Source: Magallana gigas (taxonomy: Eukaryota). Taken from it: a DNA stretch of 64,000 bases. Both the position numbers and the translations under genes were made by a program. The notes under the pieces were generated by a model. It did not search any database. It saw nothing but the letters and a program-made list of their open reading frames with translations, and was not told the DNA's origin. This document shows positions 50,801-62,700 of this stretch, piece after piece. Numbering within the stretch: position 1 is the first letter of the stretch; every line of letters starts with the position of its first letter. The DNA lies in the NCBI RefSeq assembly GCF_963853765.1, contig NC_088857.1, positions 38,626,001-38,690,000 on the forward strand, written 5' to 3'.

Positions 50801-52026
50801 CACCAGAGTAAACCCCAACTAAACATGGGGTTTACTTTTGGGTTTACTTTGGGTTTACTTTTTGAAAATTTGGGTCCACTCAGGTTTACTTTGGGTTTAC
50901 TTTGGGTTTACTCGAGAATTGCTTTTGGAGTCAACTATACGCACTGAAGTGTGAAGCAGACCTGTATTTTATCTTATCATCCTACTGCCTGTGATTCCTG
51001 CCCCTTATGTATTCCGAATACACATGTAGTGTCTGCTTTCAGGGTAAACTTCTGATCGGGGTTTACTCTCTGTGTCCACTCTGGGTTTACTTGGGGTTTA
51101 CTCTGGGTCCTCTCTAGTAAACCCAGAGTAAACCCAGAAAGTAAACCCAGGGTTTAGTTGGGGTTTACTTTCTGTTAGGTTGGGTCTGATCAGTACTGTA
51201 CATGTATCATTTTTGTTTATTCACATTTTTTTAACAAATAATGAAATTTAGAATAAATTCCAAACAAAAATCAATTCTATTGTATACAGTTTTTTTTACT
51301 GGCTGTTATGACCACAGAATGTTTTTCCCTCAAGACATCTACGATATGGAACCATTTATCTAAGAAAATATTTGCCATTAATAAGGCAATACTTGAATAT
51401 AAAATAAGAAATGAGTAAATCAGATTGCAGGTATTTTTTCAAATAAAAAAAGAAGAAAATTTAATGCTGCCAATTAACAGATTTAATCAGGATAAAACCA
51501 AAATATTTTGAAGATAAAATGCAAGGAAAAACTTTATTCTGTTGCATAATACACTATTGAACATGTAGAACAAAAAATATATCAAGGATAATATATCTTG
51601 TAAAGAAGAGAGAAAATCTTACCCGGTATTCAAATTATATTCATAAAACAAATTTACAACCAAGAGTAAAGAGATTTCTATTTTCACCCCTTTTGCCCTT
51701 GTTGTCGGCAAGTTTAAATTTAAATTTAAGACTGAGAGCAAATTCAATACAAATTTGGAATTACTAAAAGTGTTATCAAGAAAGAGTATCTCTCGCACAA
51801 CTGGTGTCTGAGCGAATTTAAGACAGGACAAAACTAATGGGTGAAAAATATACAAGGCAAAAATAAGTTTGATAACCTAATCCAAATAAATTGCTATTCA
51901 TATAATAGCAAAATTAGAGTTCAGGACAAACAATGGTACTCACTTTTTGGTTTCGTTGCTACGGGCTAAGAAGACTGCACCACAACCTCCTGCCCCCAGC
52001 TTGTTAACAATTTCATACCTATCCAT
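41878..52026 (-). CDS. NIMA-related (NEK-family) Ser/Thr kinase, 482 aa, 17 coding exons
   Basis: Exons 51944-52026, 50577-50654, 49962-50049, 49614-49664, 49465-49500, 48920-48978, 48738-48790, 47594-47721, 46635-46736, 45907-45986, 45316-45471, 45029-45126, 43260-43328, 42706-42788, 42388-42506, 42065-42151, 41878-41956; all phases join. Motifs [48 protein letters not shown]. The paralog cannot be assigned. Confidence 0.93.
43336..44700 (+). mobile_element. Helentron-type HINE with ~167-bp central array, in a NEK intron
   Basis: Starts AAACAAGA; subTIR TACCCCCGCTC (43371-43381) vs GAGCGGGGGTA (44687-44697); 3' hairpin TATACCCCCTCTCC-TTT-GGAGCGGGGGTATA; (GACA)n; about seven monomers anchored by TTTAACAGGAAGTTG. 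Confidence 0.88.
44816..45011. mobile_element. Diverged MITE of the same family as 39983-40201
   Basis: TA-CTGTGAAATCATTTCAATTCATGG ... TGAGCCACCATGAATTGTAACGATTCAACA. Confidence 0.65.
48008..48519 (+). mobile_element. Kolobok-like element, family A copy 3 (NEK intron)
   Basis: TTAA at 48004-48007 and 48520-48523; TIRs AGGAACTTGGACACAATTT / AAATCGTGTCCAAGTCCCT. Confidence 0.85.
50777..51198. mobile_element. Tc1/mariner-like MITE (422 bp) with ~48-bp TIRs and multiple GGGTTTACT/AGTAAACCC repeats
   Basis: CAGTACCGATCAGACCCAACCTAACA... vs ...TGTTAGGTTGGGTCTGATCAGTACTG; TA on both sides. Confidence 0.9.
51660..51850 (-). mobile_element. Diverged inverted copy of the 15676-15883 MITE family
   Basis: ATTTTCACCCCTTTTGCCCTTGTTGTCGGC and GAGCGAATTTAAGACAGGACAAAAC match the reverse complement of that element; ends are unclear. 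Confidence 0.55.
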
Positions 52027-53464
52027 GGTCAATAGTTTTGTTTACAAACTATCTCATGTTATCACCATTATTCTGTCAGAGATTTGGTCTTGCAGCTCTA
52101 AAGAATAACAACAACAAAAAACCCATTTCAACGATTCCATCAATTGATATAGCTGGATGTTTGCGAAAAAAAAATTGATTATCATGCATGCAGCAACAGT
52201 GTAACTAATTAAGTTTTGCATTTAACTTTTGCATAACAAACTGCATGTCCAGGATATTGTGCATAAACATGCATGTATTGTACTTTTTCCCCCCCAAATA
52301 GTCTAACTACAAGAATGAAGTACACATTTATAGAATTTCCAATCATATTATCAATAGGCTGTAATCGTGGAAATGACAATTGAATTGATATTTGAATTCT
52401 CCTGACATTAAAATGTCCTTGTCTTATTTTTAATAATACTCTTGGGCAACGTTTGATAAGCTAAAAAGCTAAGAGGACAGCATCACTTAAAATAGATTGA
52501 TTTTGTGAAGTGCGTAATCAATATTCTCTTTTGAGAAGTGGACATACAGGCATAGTCTACATCCACTAGGGGGTTAATGTTTTTCAGATCAATTGGACAT
52601 AGAGATGTGCATATTACTTGGCTTTTGTTGGCAATGCACGTCCACTATAAGTCATCAATTATTATGCGCAGGATCTTACTCTTATACAGTACAGATATCC
52701 GAATCGAATGAGTTTCTCCATATGATGTCATTATATACACAAATTATGTGAGTTATTTACCTCTAAAATTATTCATTTCTATCATTCAGAAAATTCAACA
52801 CATTGAAAGATCACCTTTTTTGCAATGGTTAAACTATTAAAAACAGAGACACGTGAATTGTTACAGAATATTCGTCCCTGACTAAATTCATATCATTGTC
52901 TTCATAATTGTTTCGTGCAACGCAAACTTGTGAAATAATGGTTAGCTGAAAGTCACCAAACGATGATTAAAATTTATCAAATACCTTTTCTTATCGTATT
53001 TATATCAATTCAATGAAATCATTCCTATTTTCACTCCATCTTGTAAACAATGCAACAGGATGTGGAATTTTACAAAAGAACGATTTTCATTGGATTATAA
53101 GTAAACATTGTATCCAATGCAATTAACTGTCTCACATTGGATTTAGTTTCTAGAACCGGGATTTTTCAAACTCAGAAGAAATGATTTCTTCCCCTACAAT
53201 CCTTCAAAATATTTTTCACTTAAAAAAACATAGGCCTTTTGACTGATACTAACTCTACATAGTCATTTTAACATTAGCTGTTATGTATTTATTTCATTCT
53301 TCATGATTTTTTTTTAATTCATCAAATGTAAACATAAATGTACTCATAAACATCTATCAATAAATATACACAAAATGGTATTAAAATCATCTAAATATGC
53401 ACAACGTACATTAATTCATATTGTTTTTTTTAAAATTTGATAATATATTTGATGTATTAATATA

Positions 53465-56400
53465 TCATGATTTGAAGGTTGAAAAATAATTGTCAATGTC
53501 ATTAGCAGCAAATCGTCCATTAGATGGCACGGAATTATTATTGTAGGCTTGACGTCCTTGATTTCTCTGGCCAGCAGGGGCACTAGTCGCAACAGTGTCT
53601 TGTATAGTGATTGGTGTATTCCATAGAGTATGAGTTGGGGGAAGGATCTCCTCGTCTGGCTTTTTCTGGTTTTGTAAAATGGAGGCAAGTTTGGGAGTGT
53701 CTGTGCCAGGTTTCTGAGTTTTGACAAAATATGTTATTGGCCCTGCACTAGTAGATGCTGTTGTCTGAGAGTCATTCCTCCTAGTCATGGTGACATATTG
53801 GACTGAAGGGGTGAAGGTGGCCTGTAGGCTAACAGGAAGGAGGGACACCGACGGCTGTGAATGGTTGGAGGATGCCAATTGACTTGCCAGTGAGCTTGGG
53901 TGATCCTGGTTATCTAACTGGATGGAGTGAGCAGGATCTGCATTCATCTGGTACTGATATTGTATCTGTTTCTTAATGGGGGACATGTTTTGTAAAGGGA
54001 CTTCTTGAGAGGTGACTGCAGAGGACTGGCTGATATTCAGGTTATTTTGAGGTGAGCTATCCTGTAGCTGTACATGTTGAAGCTGGGCAGCAGGTACCAT
54101 CTGTATGAATGTTTCACTCTGAGTCTTGCTATGCTGCGCATACTGTCTCCCTGTATTTGCAAGCATAGCTTGGATTTCTTCTGTTGTGTAAGTTTTCTGG
54201 CCTTGTTCTGTGGTACTCAAGTTTTGGGAATTTCCCTGCACTAAGTTGATTGGTGTTTCTAAAGTGTAAGGATGATCTGTGTGGTGAAGCTGATCTCCAC
54301 TAACATGATTCAACAGCAGCTGAGCTGCGTCTACATCTCCTAGAGCAACCTCCTGGGATATAGGAATGTTGATGGTCTGTAACAGGTACTGTTGGGGATC
54401 CTGCAAATCAGCAGCAGATGAACTGGTTCCTGCACTTGCAGCAGTGGATTCAATCAGAGAGCTCAGGGTTGAATGCATTGGATTAAGGTCTGTACTTGAT
54501 TCACTGGCTTTGACATGGAGCTGTGAAGCAAGCTTAACAGCTCCTCCATTGACAAGAGATTCATTGTATGTCTGACTGTCTACCACATCAATCTCACCCT
54601 TCTGGTTCATCAGCATGACATTTTGTGTTTTGGTTGAGGTTTTTGACTGGCCTGACTTTGCTGATTTTGAGTCTTTCTGCACACTTGGACTTGGCTCATC
54701 ATATTCTTCATTGACTTCCACGATACACAGCACAGAAGGATTGTACTTGATGCTTTCCATCAGGTACTTGATTTCATCAGAGCTGAGCTTATGCCTGTTT
54801 GTGAGATGGATTCTCATGTTTCCCCTTGTTGTGCTTTTGTATGTACACTCTGGACACTGGAATGGCTTTTCTCCACTGTGAGTTCGCTTGTGGACCAACA
54901 ACTGGGTGCGTGTTTTGAAAGTTTTGGTGCACTCTGTACATGGATGTTTGCGCACTGTGCTGTGCTTATGATATACATGGCTGTTTAGACATGTTCTAGA
55001 TTTGAACCCTGTGCCACAGGTCTCGCACACAAATGGAGTCTGTTCAACATGAATAAGTTTATGGTCTTTTAACTGGAACTTTGTAAAACATTCTTTTCCA
55101 CAGATATCACATTTATATGGTTTCCAGCCTTTTGGTAAAGGAACACCATGTCGGAAGTATTTATGATAATGCATATAATAATGATTCGCATCCTTGGTAA
55201 CATAGCCACAGATATCGCAGGACTTTGGAGCTGCTTCTCTTTTACCAATCTCAATATGACTCATAGAATCCACCACACTCATCTCGTGAGTTTTCATAAC
55301 ATGGGTGATGCAGCGTTTAGGAAATACAAATTCATTCCCACACAAACTACAGATGAAAACCTTTTCGTCTTCAGGTACTATCTTTGCCATTTCTTCCAGT
55401 TCAGAGGCATATCGGCTTATCCCAGAATATGGGGTTAGTTTGGAGGATCCCGCAGAACTACTTTTAGCTTGCTTTTTCTTTTTCTTTCCCTTGTTTCCTG
55501 GAAGAGGTTTCATATTGGTAAATGTGGCTGTGTCATTCTTGAAGATGTAAGAAGCCATTTCTTCTACTTCTTTTTCTGCAAATTCTCTTGCTCTCTTCTT
55601 TGGGGGTTGTCTGGTAGTCTCTGACTTCAGTAAAGGTGAGTTGGATTGTGCTCTCCTTCAATATAAAAAAATATCAACTGTTTATAAATCAAGTTTTTAT
55701 CAAAAACTAATATTCACAAAATTTTAGTGACAAAAAACCATTGAAAATGGAACTAAATTGAAAAGAAAATGATCAGACATACTTTTTGCTAAGCCCTTTC
55801 TTGATGCTGCTGAGAGTTGATGATTTCTTTAATGTCCTGAAGGTTTTTCCCCCTTTCCTGGCACCCTCAAACACTGCCCTCTGCATCCCTGATTGTGTGG
55901 TAATGGAGGGAGGAGTGTAGTCACTGTCTGTGTCATCATTCATCTCCTCTTCAGACACCCCACCTAGATCCTCCTCCTCAAATTCTCCCTTCTCTCTGTT
56001 GCCTAAAGTCTCCTGGGCTAACATTGAAAGCCTCCTTTTTCTAGGATGGTTGAGATATGAGGATTGTGCAACTACTGTTGGGATATTGCTGTTTTGTTTA
56101 GGCGATACGTTTGCACGTTTTTCAGATAGAGGTTCAGGTTTGATAACTCCAGTAGCTAGTTTTTTATTTGAAGGGCTGGTTTTCTTCGATGTATTAGTGG
56201 CGGAATCATCTTTGAAAGTTTTCTTTCGGACAGAACCAGACTGAGTGCGTGTCCCATACATGTGGTTGACTGTGGTAGGAATAGGGCAGGTTTTATTTGC
56301 CTCCTTGATTGGTTTCTTTCCACTGCTGGTTAATGGCTTGTTTACATTCCGATCCTCTTTCTTTGTTGGGGTCTTTTGCACACCTTCAGGAGATGCGGTG

Positions 56401-57733
56401 GTTTTATGGGGTGAGATAGGACTCACCACAATAGAGATGTCTTCATTCATGACATTCAGTAAAGAGCTGTCAAGTTTATAATGAAGGACAAATTGTGTAC
56501 AGATTTGAAGGAGGTGTTCCAAATGAAACAATTTAGCTATTCTTGCAAATTTCCCAACATTTTCTGTAGTGATGGTGACATTTCCATCATACAGGTAGTG
56601 AATCAACTGAGAGGCCACTTCCAAAGGAATTCCAGCTGGCAGACTCACTCTAATGGACTCACCAGGACTGGGGTTGGCCATTTTGTTCATCAAGAAAGGA
56701 CTGGCTGCCATCAACACAAGCTTGTGAACCTGTTCAAATGATGTTACGTATTAATTCACATACAATAGTATCTCTCGCATAATAAATATTTACTACATTA
56801 TAACTCAACATTGTTTCTTAAAATTGAGATTTAATATTAAGGTCTGCATCTAAACTAAGATACAATCAAACATAAATTATGAAAGGTTTCACTCATCAAA
56901 TCTCTGTCATCAATACTGACCTTTATATCTTTCCCTCCAGCTACAAGAACAGCATCACAAAACATGCCTTGCTTCAGCAGTCCAAACATCTTGCTCATCA
57001 GTTCTCGCGGTAGATTAGTCTCCGTGTAGTCCTGCGTGGCGAGCTTGTCTTCAGTAGATGAGCTCTGAGGGGTGTCTTTCTCCATCCTCATCACTTTCTC
57101 ACTGATGTTATGTCTTGGCTTGTAGGGTGTTGTCTTCATGGCTGGAGGAGGATCAAGGTTCTTCGCAGGTGTGGAATCTGAAGTACCAGTAGTTGGTGCG
57201 GCTATAAGGGTGGTTTCAGGGGGATTGTTTCTGAAGACTGGGATCCCTGAAGTCAACTCACTCCCTCTGCCTGTGTATCCCTTTGGAGGTTTCACAATCA
57301 TAGTCGAGGCCCGGTCAAAGTTGAATTTTCTAACAGGAGTGCGAGGCACATCTTGATCAGGTACTATATTCACTAAAGAATATTGTTTAACGGTGCTTTC
57401 ATTTCCACACTGATTTGAAAGTAGATCATAAGAAACTTTAGATGGACTGACATAACTGGACTTGTATGGTGATATATGTGTATTGGAGTGAAACTGATCA
57501 TTAATGTTGGATGCTGATGGCATGTAATTTCTGTTAGGAGAAGTTTGCTCTGTTGCCTGCATACTGTAGTTGCTGACGTAGCCATGTTGCATGCTTGTGT
57601 TGCCCTGGTTGTTGGCCTGTAGGTCTAGAGGTTGCTGGTATAGAGCTATGTCCCCTTGTTCGTTCATTGATGACAGACTGAGGTCTGTTGCCATAGACAA
57701 GTCATGTTGATACCTCTGATGAGACGAATCCAT
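53465..57733 (-). CDS. BTB/POZ + C2H2 zinc-finger protein (ZBTB-like), ~1316 aa, 3 coding exons
   Basis: Exons 56921-57733, 55783-56729, 53465-55655; phases join. BTB motifs FCDAVLVAGG and VHKLVLMAASPFL...LIHYLYDG; six Cys2His2-type fingers including a SGEKPF linker; Q/S-rich tail. The start was placed at the ATG after the acceptor at 57738-57740. Confidence 0.9.
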
Positions 57734-58882
57734 CTTTCTGAATTCATGAAAAATCATACATAATACAGTAATATAAAATCTTTGAAAATTTTTTGGATCA
57801 TTATTATGTCTGAAAGTTTAGTCACATAATATTAACAAATGATTTTCTACTTTGATGTTAGAACCTCTGACACTGAAAACAATGCCATACATACATTTTT
57901 TTTTTAATTTCACTTTAATGACATGGTTAAAAGCATCAGCTAAACTACATATCATTATGTACATTTATATATTATCTTCGCTAAGCCAAGGGTTTTTGGT
58001 CCACTCTATTTGTGTGAGGAGACCATGGAGGATCAGAAAGCTTTGAAGGCTAGCAAAGATGGTCGATTTATCTATGCATGGATCCACAAGTACTACAATA
58101 ATCTACTACAACATGAACACAATTGTTTCTTTTGAGAATTATGGCCAGTTTTTGTTATATTAAGTATATGTATATTTATTTATACTGACTTTTCTAAACC
58201 GCTTGTTTCCTTTAATATATATGTTAAGGACTTGCATGATCTTTAGGGAGTTGGGGTGTGTCTGGACCCCCCCCCCCCCCCCACCCCCACCCCCCCCCCC
58301 ACCCATTGAAAATTTAAAAAATAAATTTAAACAGTAATATTAACTAACCAAAATTAGATCGACATTTCCTCCCTCTTAGGATAATAAAAAATATTCAGAT
58401 TACTCGTTTGATGCATTGTCTTAGGGTAATATTTTCTCATCTGCTTGATGATTTAAAGACATGCAGGTAATTAATGAGAGTATGATGATATCCAAAAAAA
58501 ATTTAAAATGTTAAATAATATAAAAATTCATGGTGCTGATTTTAAGATAACCAACATAAACAAAAAATGATAATGCATTAATTATCTATAAAATGTATTT
58601 CAAGTCTAACATTTCATGAAAGAAAAATCTACATGCAGCTATAGTTGTGAATCTGTATTCACTATTATACCACAGTTCTAAGAATACAGACATAGACTAT
58701 ACTTTACTTTGTAAAAACAGACTACAAAAGAGTGACCTTGAAAACATAAACAATCTCGTTATGTCTTGTATCAAATAAGTCCAGGTAACGCCTCACGTAT
58801 AGAAAAATCAAAGCTTATTAAACATTGTTAAAGTTGCGGAAAGTCTGTACTTTTGCTCATAATAATATACTGCTAACCTTAC

Positions 58883-59739
58883 GTTCAAGGGGAGGTCGAC
58901 AAACAGGCTACATTACGGAATAATATATCGGATGTTTTTCATCAAAATGGCTGCTGGCTATATTTATAAACCGTAATGGGGTCACAAGCTCTTCTTTGTT
59001 CCCAGATTAATGATGATGTTTTATATTTGATTTTGCATTGCATATTGGAAAACTAGTCTGATTATGTTAAACTGGTCGATTAAATATTTTGTGAACACAA
59101 CAAACATTCATTTAATATGATATCATGAAGCACTTCCTGTGCTTCTTCCTAAATATAGCCCGTTTTCGAAGTCTGTCTATTTTTAGCATATGACAACAAA
59201 CCCAGGGATCTCGCCTATTGAGCATGCTGAGTGTTTTGTCTTTAGAAGAAAAGAGATTTTTGATTCAATTATCTTGCAAATTGTCTTAATTCATACGTGT
59301 TTTAGACATGTAGATCTTAATTTATTCGCGGAGTTATGCAAGTATATTTTGAAAGAGTATATGCATCGATCCATACTGACACGCCAGTAGTTAAGCTAAA
59401 TATTGCAGGATATTTTGTTGTGATTAACAAATACCTTTGCAACTGAATAAATATTTAATGTTTAGATATAAAAACACAACTCTGTACAATTTAATGAAAA
59501 TAAATTATGTTTACGTCATTCATTACGTCGACCATCTTTTCGTTATACGTCACTGCGACGAAGCAGACGAACTTTTAGCAATTGTGTGATGTCACTACGA
59601 CGAAGAAAACAAGATAGAAACATTATATAGAAAAACACACTGTAAGTTGTATACAGTGCCAATTTTATTTATTTCGTTGTATTTTTACAATTCCGACGAG
59701 GACTGTACGTATTTCACCGCAACTATAATTGACTGCAAT
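58883..59739. promoter_or_regulatory. Candidate bidirectional promoter between the two BTB genes
   Basis: Divergent ATGs at 57733 and 59740 and locally more CpG. Motifs: YY1-like AAAATGGCTG (~58944), ETS-like ACTTCCTG (~59132), CRE-like TTACGTCA (59511) and a 17-bp direct repeat (59547-59563 / 59589-59605). TSSs were not determined. Confidence 0.5.
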
Positions 59740-62700
59740 ATGGAAGTACTCGACAACGAATTCATGGATCACCATTACCCATCAACAGTTCTCGAAAATT
59801 TGAAAAGCTTATGGCTTTCAAAAAGATTATGTGATGCAACTTTAGAGGCTGGACCCGTCAAATTTTACGTATGATTTAAAATTATTTACACCCATATATG
59901 TCAAAAGTACGTCAATTTATTCCCCCAAACAGAAAAAATAGCCTACGGGATCATATCAATGACTTGTGTGTAAATCATGGTTTTGATATGATTTCGGTAT
60001 AGGAAAATTTCACATGCAAATGAGTTAATGGATCATGATTCTCGGGTGATCTGTTAAACTAGACAAATTGCAAGAAAACCATGGTCCTGGTATGATCTAT
60101 TGTAACTAACAATTCATATCAAAACCATGGCCCTGGTATGATCTGTTGTGACTAGCAACTCATATCAAAACCATGGTCCTGGTATGATCTGTTGTAACTA
60201 ACAACTCGTATCAAAACCATGGTCCTGGTATGATCTGTTCAAGGACAATTATACAATAATTTCTTAAAGAAAAAAATGACCACTTAATTTATATTTTGCA
60301 ACAGACAATTAATTATATACTTTAATATTTGAAATACATTGTCAATTACCAAATATGAAAAATAGTATACATATATGTCACATGAACTGTATCGTTAAGC
60401 CAATATAATCTGAATTAGAACGCAGGATCAAAGTCTTCCATAATTAAGATGATAATTATACTGTTATTTCAAACTCTTCTAGCAATTATTACATGAATTG
60501 TTCAAATTAAAATATTATGTATGCATTTCAAAACCTAGCTGCAGGTCTGTAGCTCCCGGTCTGAACTAATGATACATGTACATCCATGCATTAGTTGCTT
60601 GCTTCACTTAATAAATCACTTGATAGTGTATTGTGTATTGTAAATTAGTCTTTATAAAATATTATTTACCTCAAGTGAATAAGAATATATTCCCCCAAAA
60701 TACTTCCATAAATTCACTTTATAAATATGCCAAGATAGAGCAAGATGCCCAACAATAACAAATTTTCCTGACATGTACATCACATTTAGGCCCAAGATGA
60801 ACATTCAAAATTTGCAACTCAACTTCCTGTTATGCAGAAATCTTACTTCTTAGTGGTCAGTTTATCTGGCAATTAACGAATCATTTCAAACGCATGCTCT
60901 GTTGCCTTCTAAGATAATAGCACATACCAGAATCACCAGAAAATCATAGCAGACTCAAAACCAAGAAACAAACCACATCAGGATCATACTTCCTTATTTG
61001 TCACCTATGATTTGGGTATGATTCATTTAATGGATCATGTCTAAATCATAGAACAAAATCATGAATTTGTGAGTTGGATATGATTTTTAAGTGATTCTGA
61101 TATGATTTTTTAAGAAAAATTTTTGTTTGGGCCTTTTTCATATATTTCATTGAAAACCACACTTATTATTTCAAAAGGATTTATGATGTCTTTTTCGTCA
61201 GATTTTGAAATAATGTCCATCCGAATTTTTTCAGTCCTCGGGAGCCAATGGACGACGTTTAAAATCTCTCCAATGTGTTCAATGAAATATATATAGTGAA
61301 AAAGGAAAATATTTTAAACATTCTTTTGCCACAGATCTAAGTGTAGGCCTATATAACTGTTATGATATGATTTTAAAAATGTTCACACATTAAACATATA
61401 TCGTACCTTGTGTGCCCATATTGTTACATGTAACATACAGTGTGGATTTTTTAAATTGTTCAAACTGTTATACTCCAACAATCCAGTGAGACCATAAGAG
61501 TGGTACAGAGTTCAGCATTCTATAAAAAAAAAAAGGAATGCATAATGAAATTTTTTCTCAATTCTACAATATGCTTCAATTTGTAAAATTTATATTCAAG
61601 CGTAAATTATTTTTTTTTTTTATTAATTAAAATCTGATATAGTGTAAATTCAAAGGACTATATATGATAAAAGTTACATGTAGTTTTGGCCCCAAGAAAT
61701 GAGCATTCCTACTAAAAATGTTCCAGGTGTATGATTATTTTGTTATTTTTAGATAATAATTTATAACCCATGAAATGAGTTGTTGAATATTTCAATATTA
61801 TATTTGACCTGTCTGTCAGTCTGTCAGACCAGGGTGTTTTTTATGTTAGGGCAACTCCTCTGAAAACATGCACTGAAACAAAAATTTATGAAACTGTGTA
61901 ATTTATTGGGGTGTAATGTATTGATGTGCACATTTACAGAAGAACTTCTTCAAATTTTGCCTCTTTTGAACATTAAAGTTTGGCCATTTTACAGGCATTA
62001 ATATTGAAAAGGAGCTTAAATCATTTGTTTAGCTTTATTTATGCTCCTTCAAAACCATTGACCAGAGTTTCATAAAACTTAATTTGCAGTTCATAAGGAC
62101 ATTCGAATAATGTGCTCACACGCAGTAAATTCCAGTTATGTTATTAATCTGGAAAATTTTCCCTATTTGAACTTTATAGATTATTATGAGGACATTACTC
62201 TATAGATTACTGAATATACAAAATTATATAATTTGTCAGTGGAGCTCATCTAGATCTTAAACTATATATACACTGAGCAACATTTTGTGCAACTTTGTGG
62301 TAAATTAGAAAAAAAGAAACACAGGTAAAATAAAATTGTGGTTAGATTCAAAAGATATTTGCAGAAAATTATGATAAGAGAGTTATGTTTCTTTTATTCA
62401 TTTGTTGTATTTTGTAATTTATTATGTGTAGCTTTGCCAAGTAATGTGGGAATGAGCGCATGCTCACTCGATTGTTTCTTTAAAATTTATTCACAGTTCC
62501 TCAATACATGTATTATATGTTGAAGATACAGTTCTATACAAAACTGATGTTTTGTTGTCAGTGATGGAATAATATTATCAATCAGTTGATCTATTTAATT
62601 CTTGTTATTGGTAGGTCCATCGTTTGATCCTGATTGCAATGATTCCAGGGTTGAACAAGCTGCAGATCTGTACTACAGGAAAGCCTCTTGAAGTGATTCT

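Noticed and set aside
54366-56741. Several plus-strand ORFs over the ZBTB-like gene (likewise 39479-39952 and 40238-40426 antisense to the LINE)
   Set aside because: Antisense shadows of real coding sequence with no domain features.
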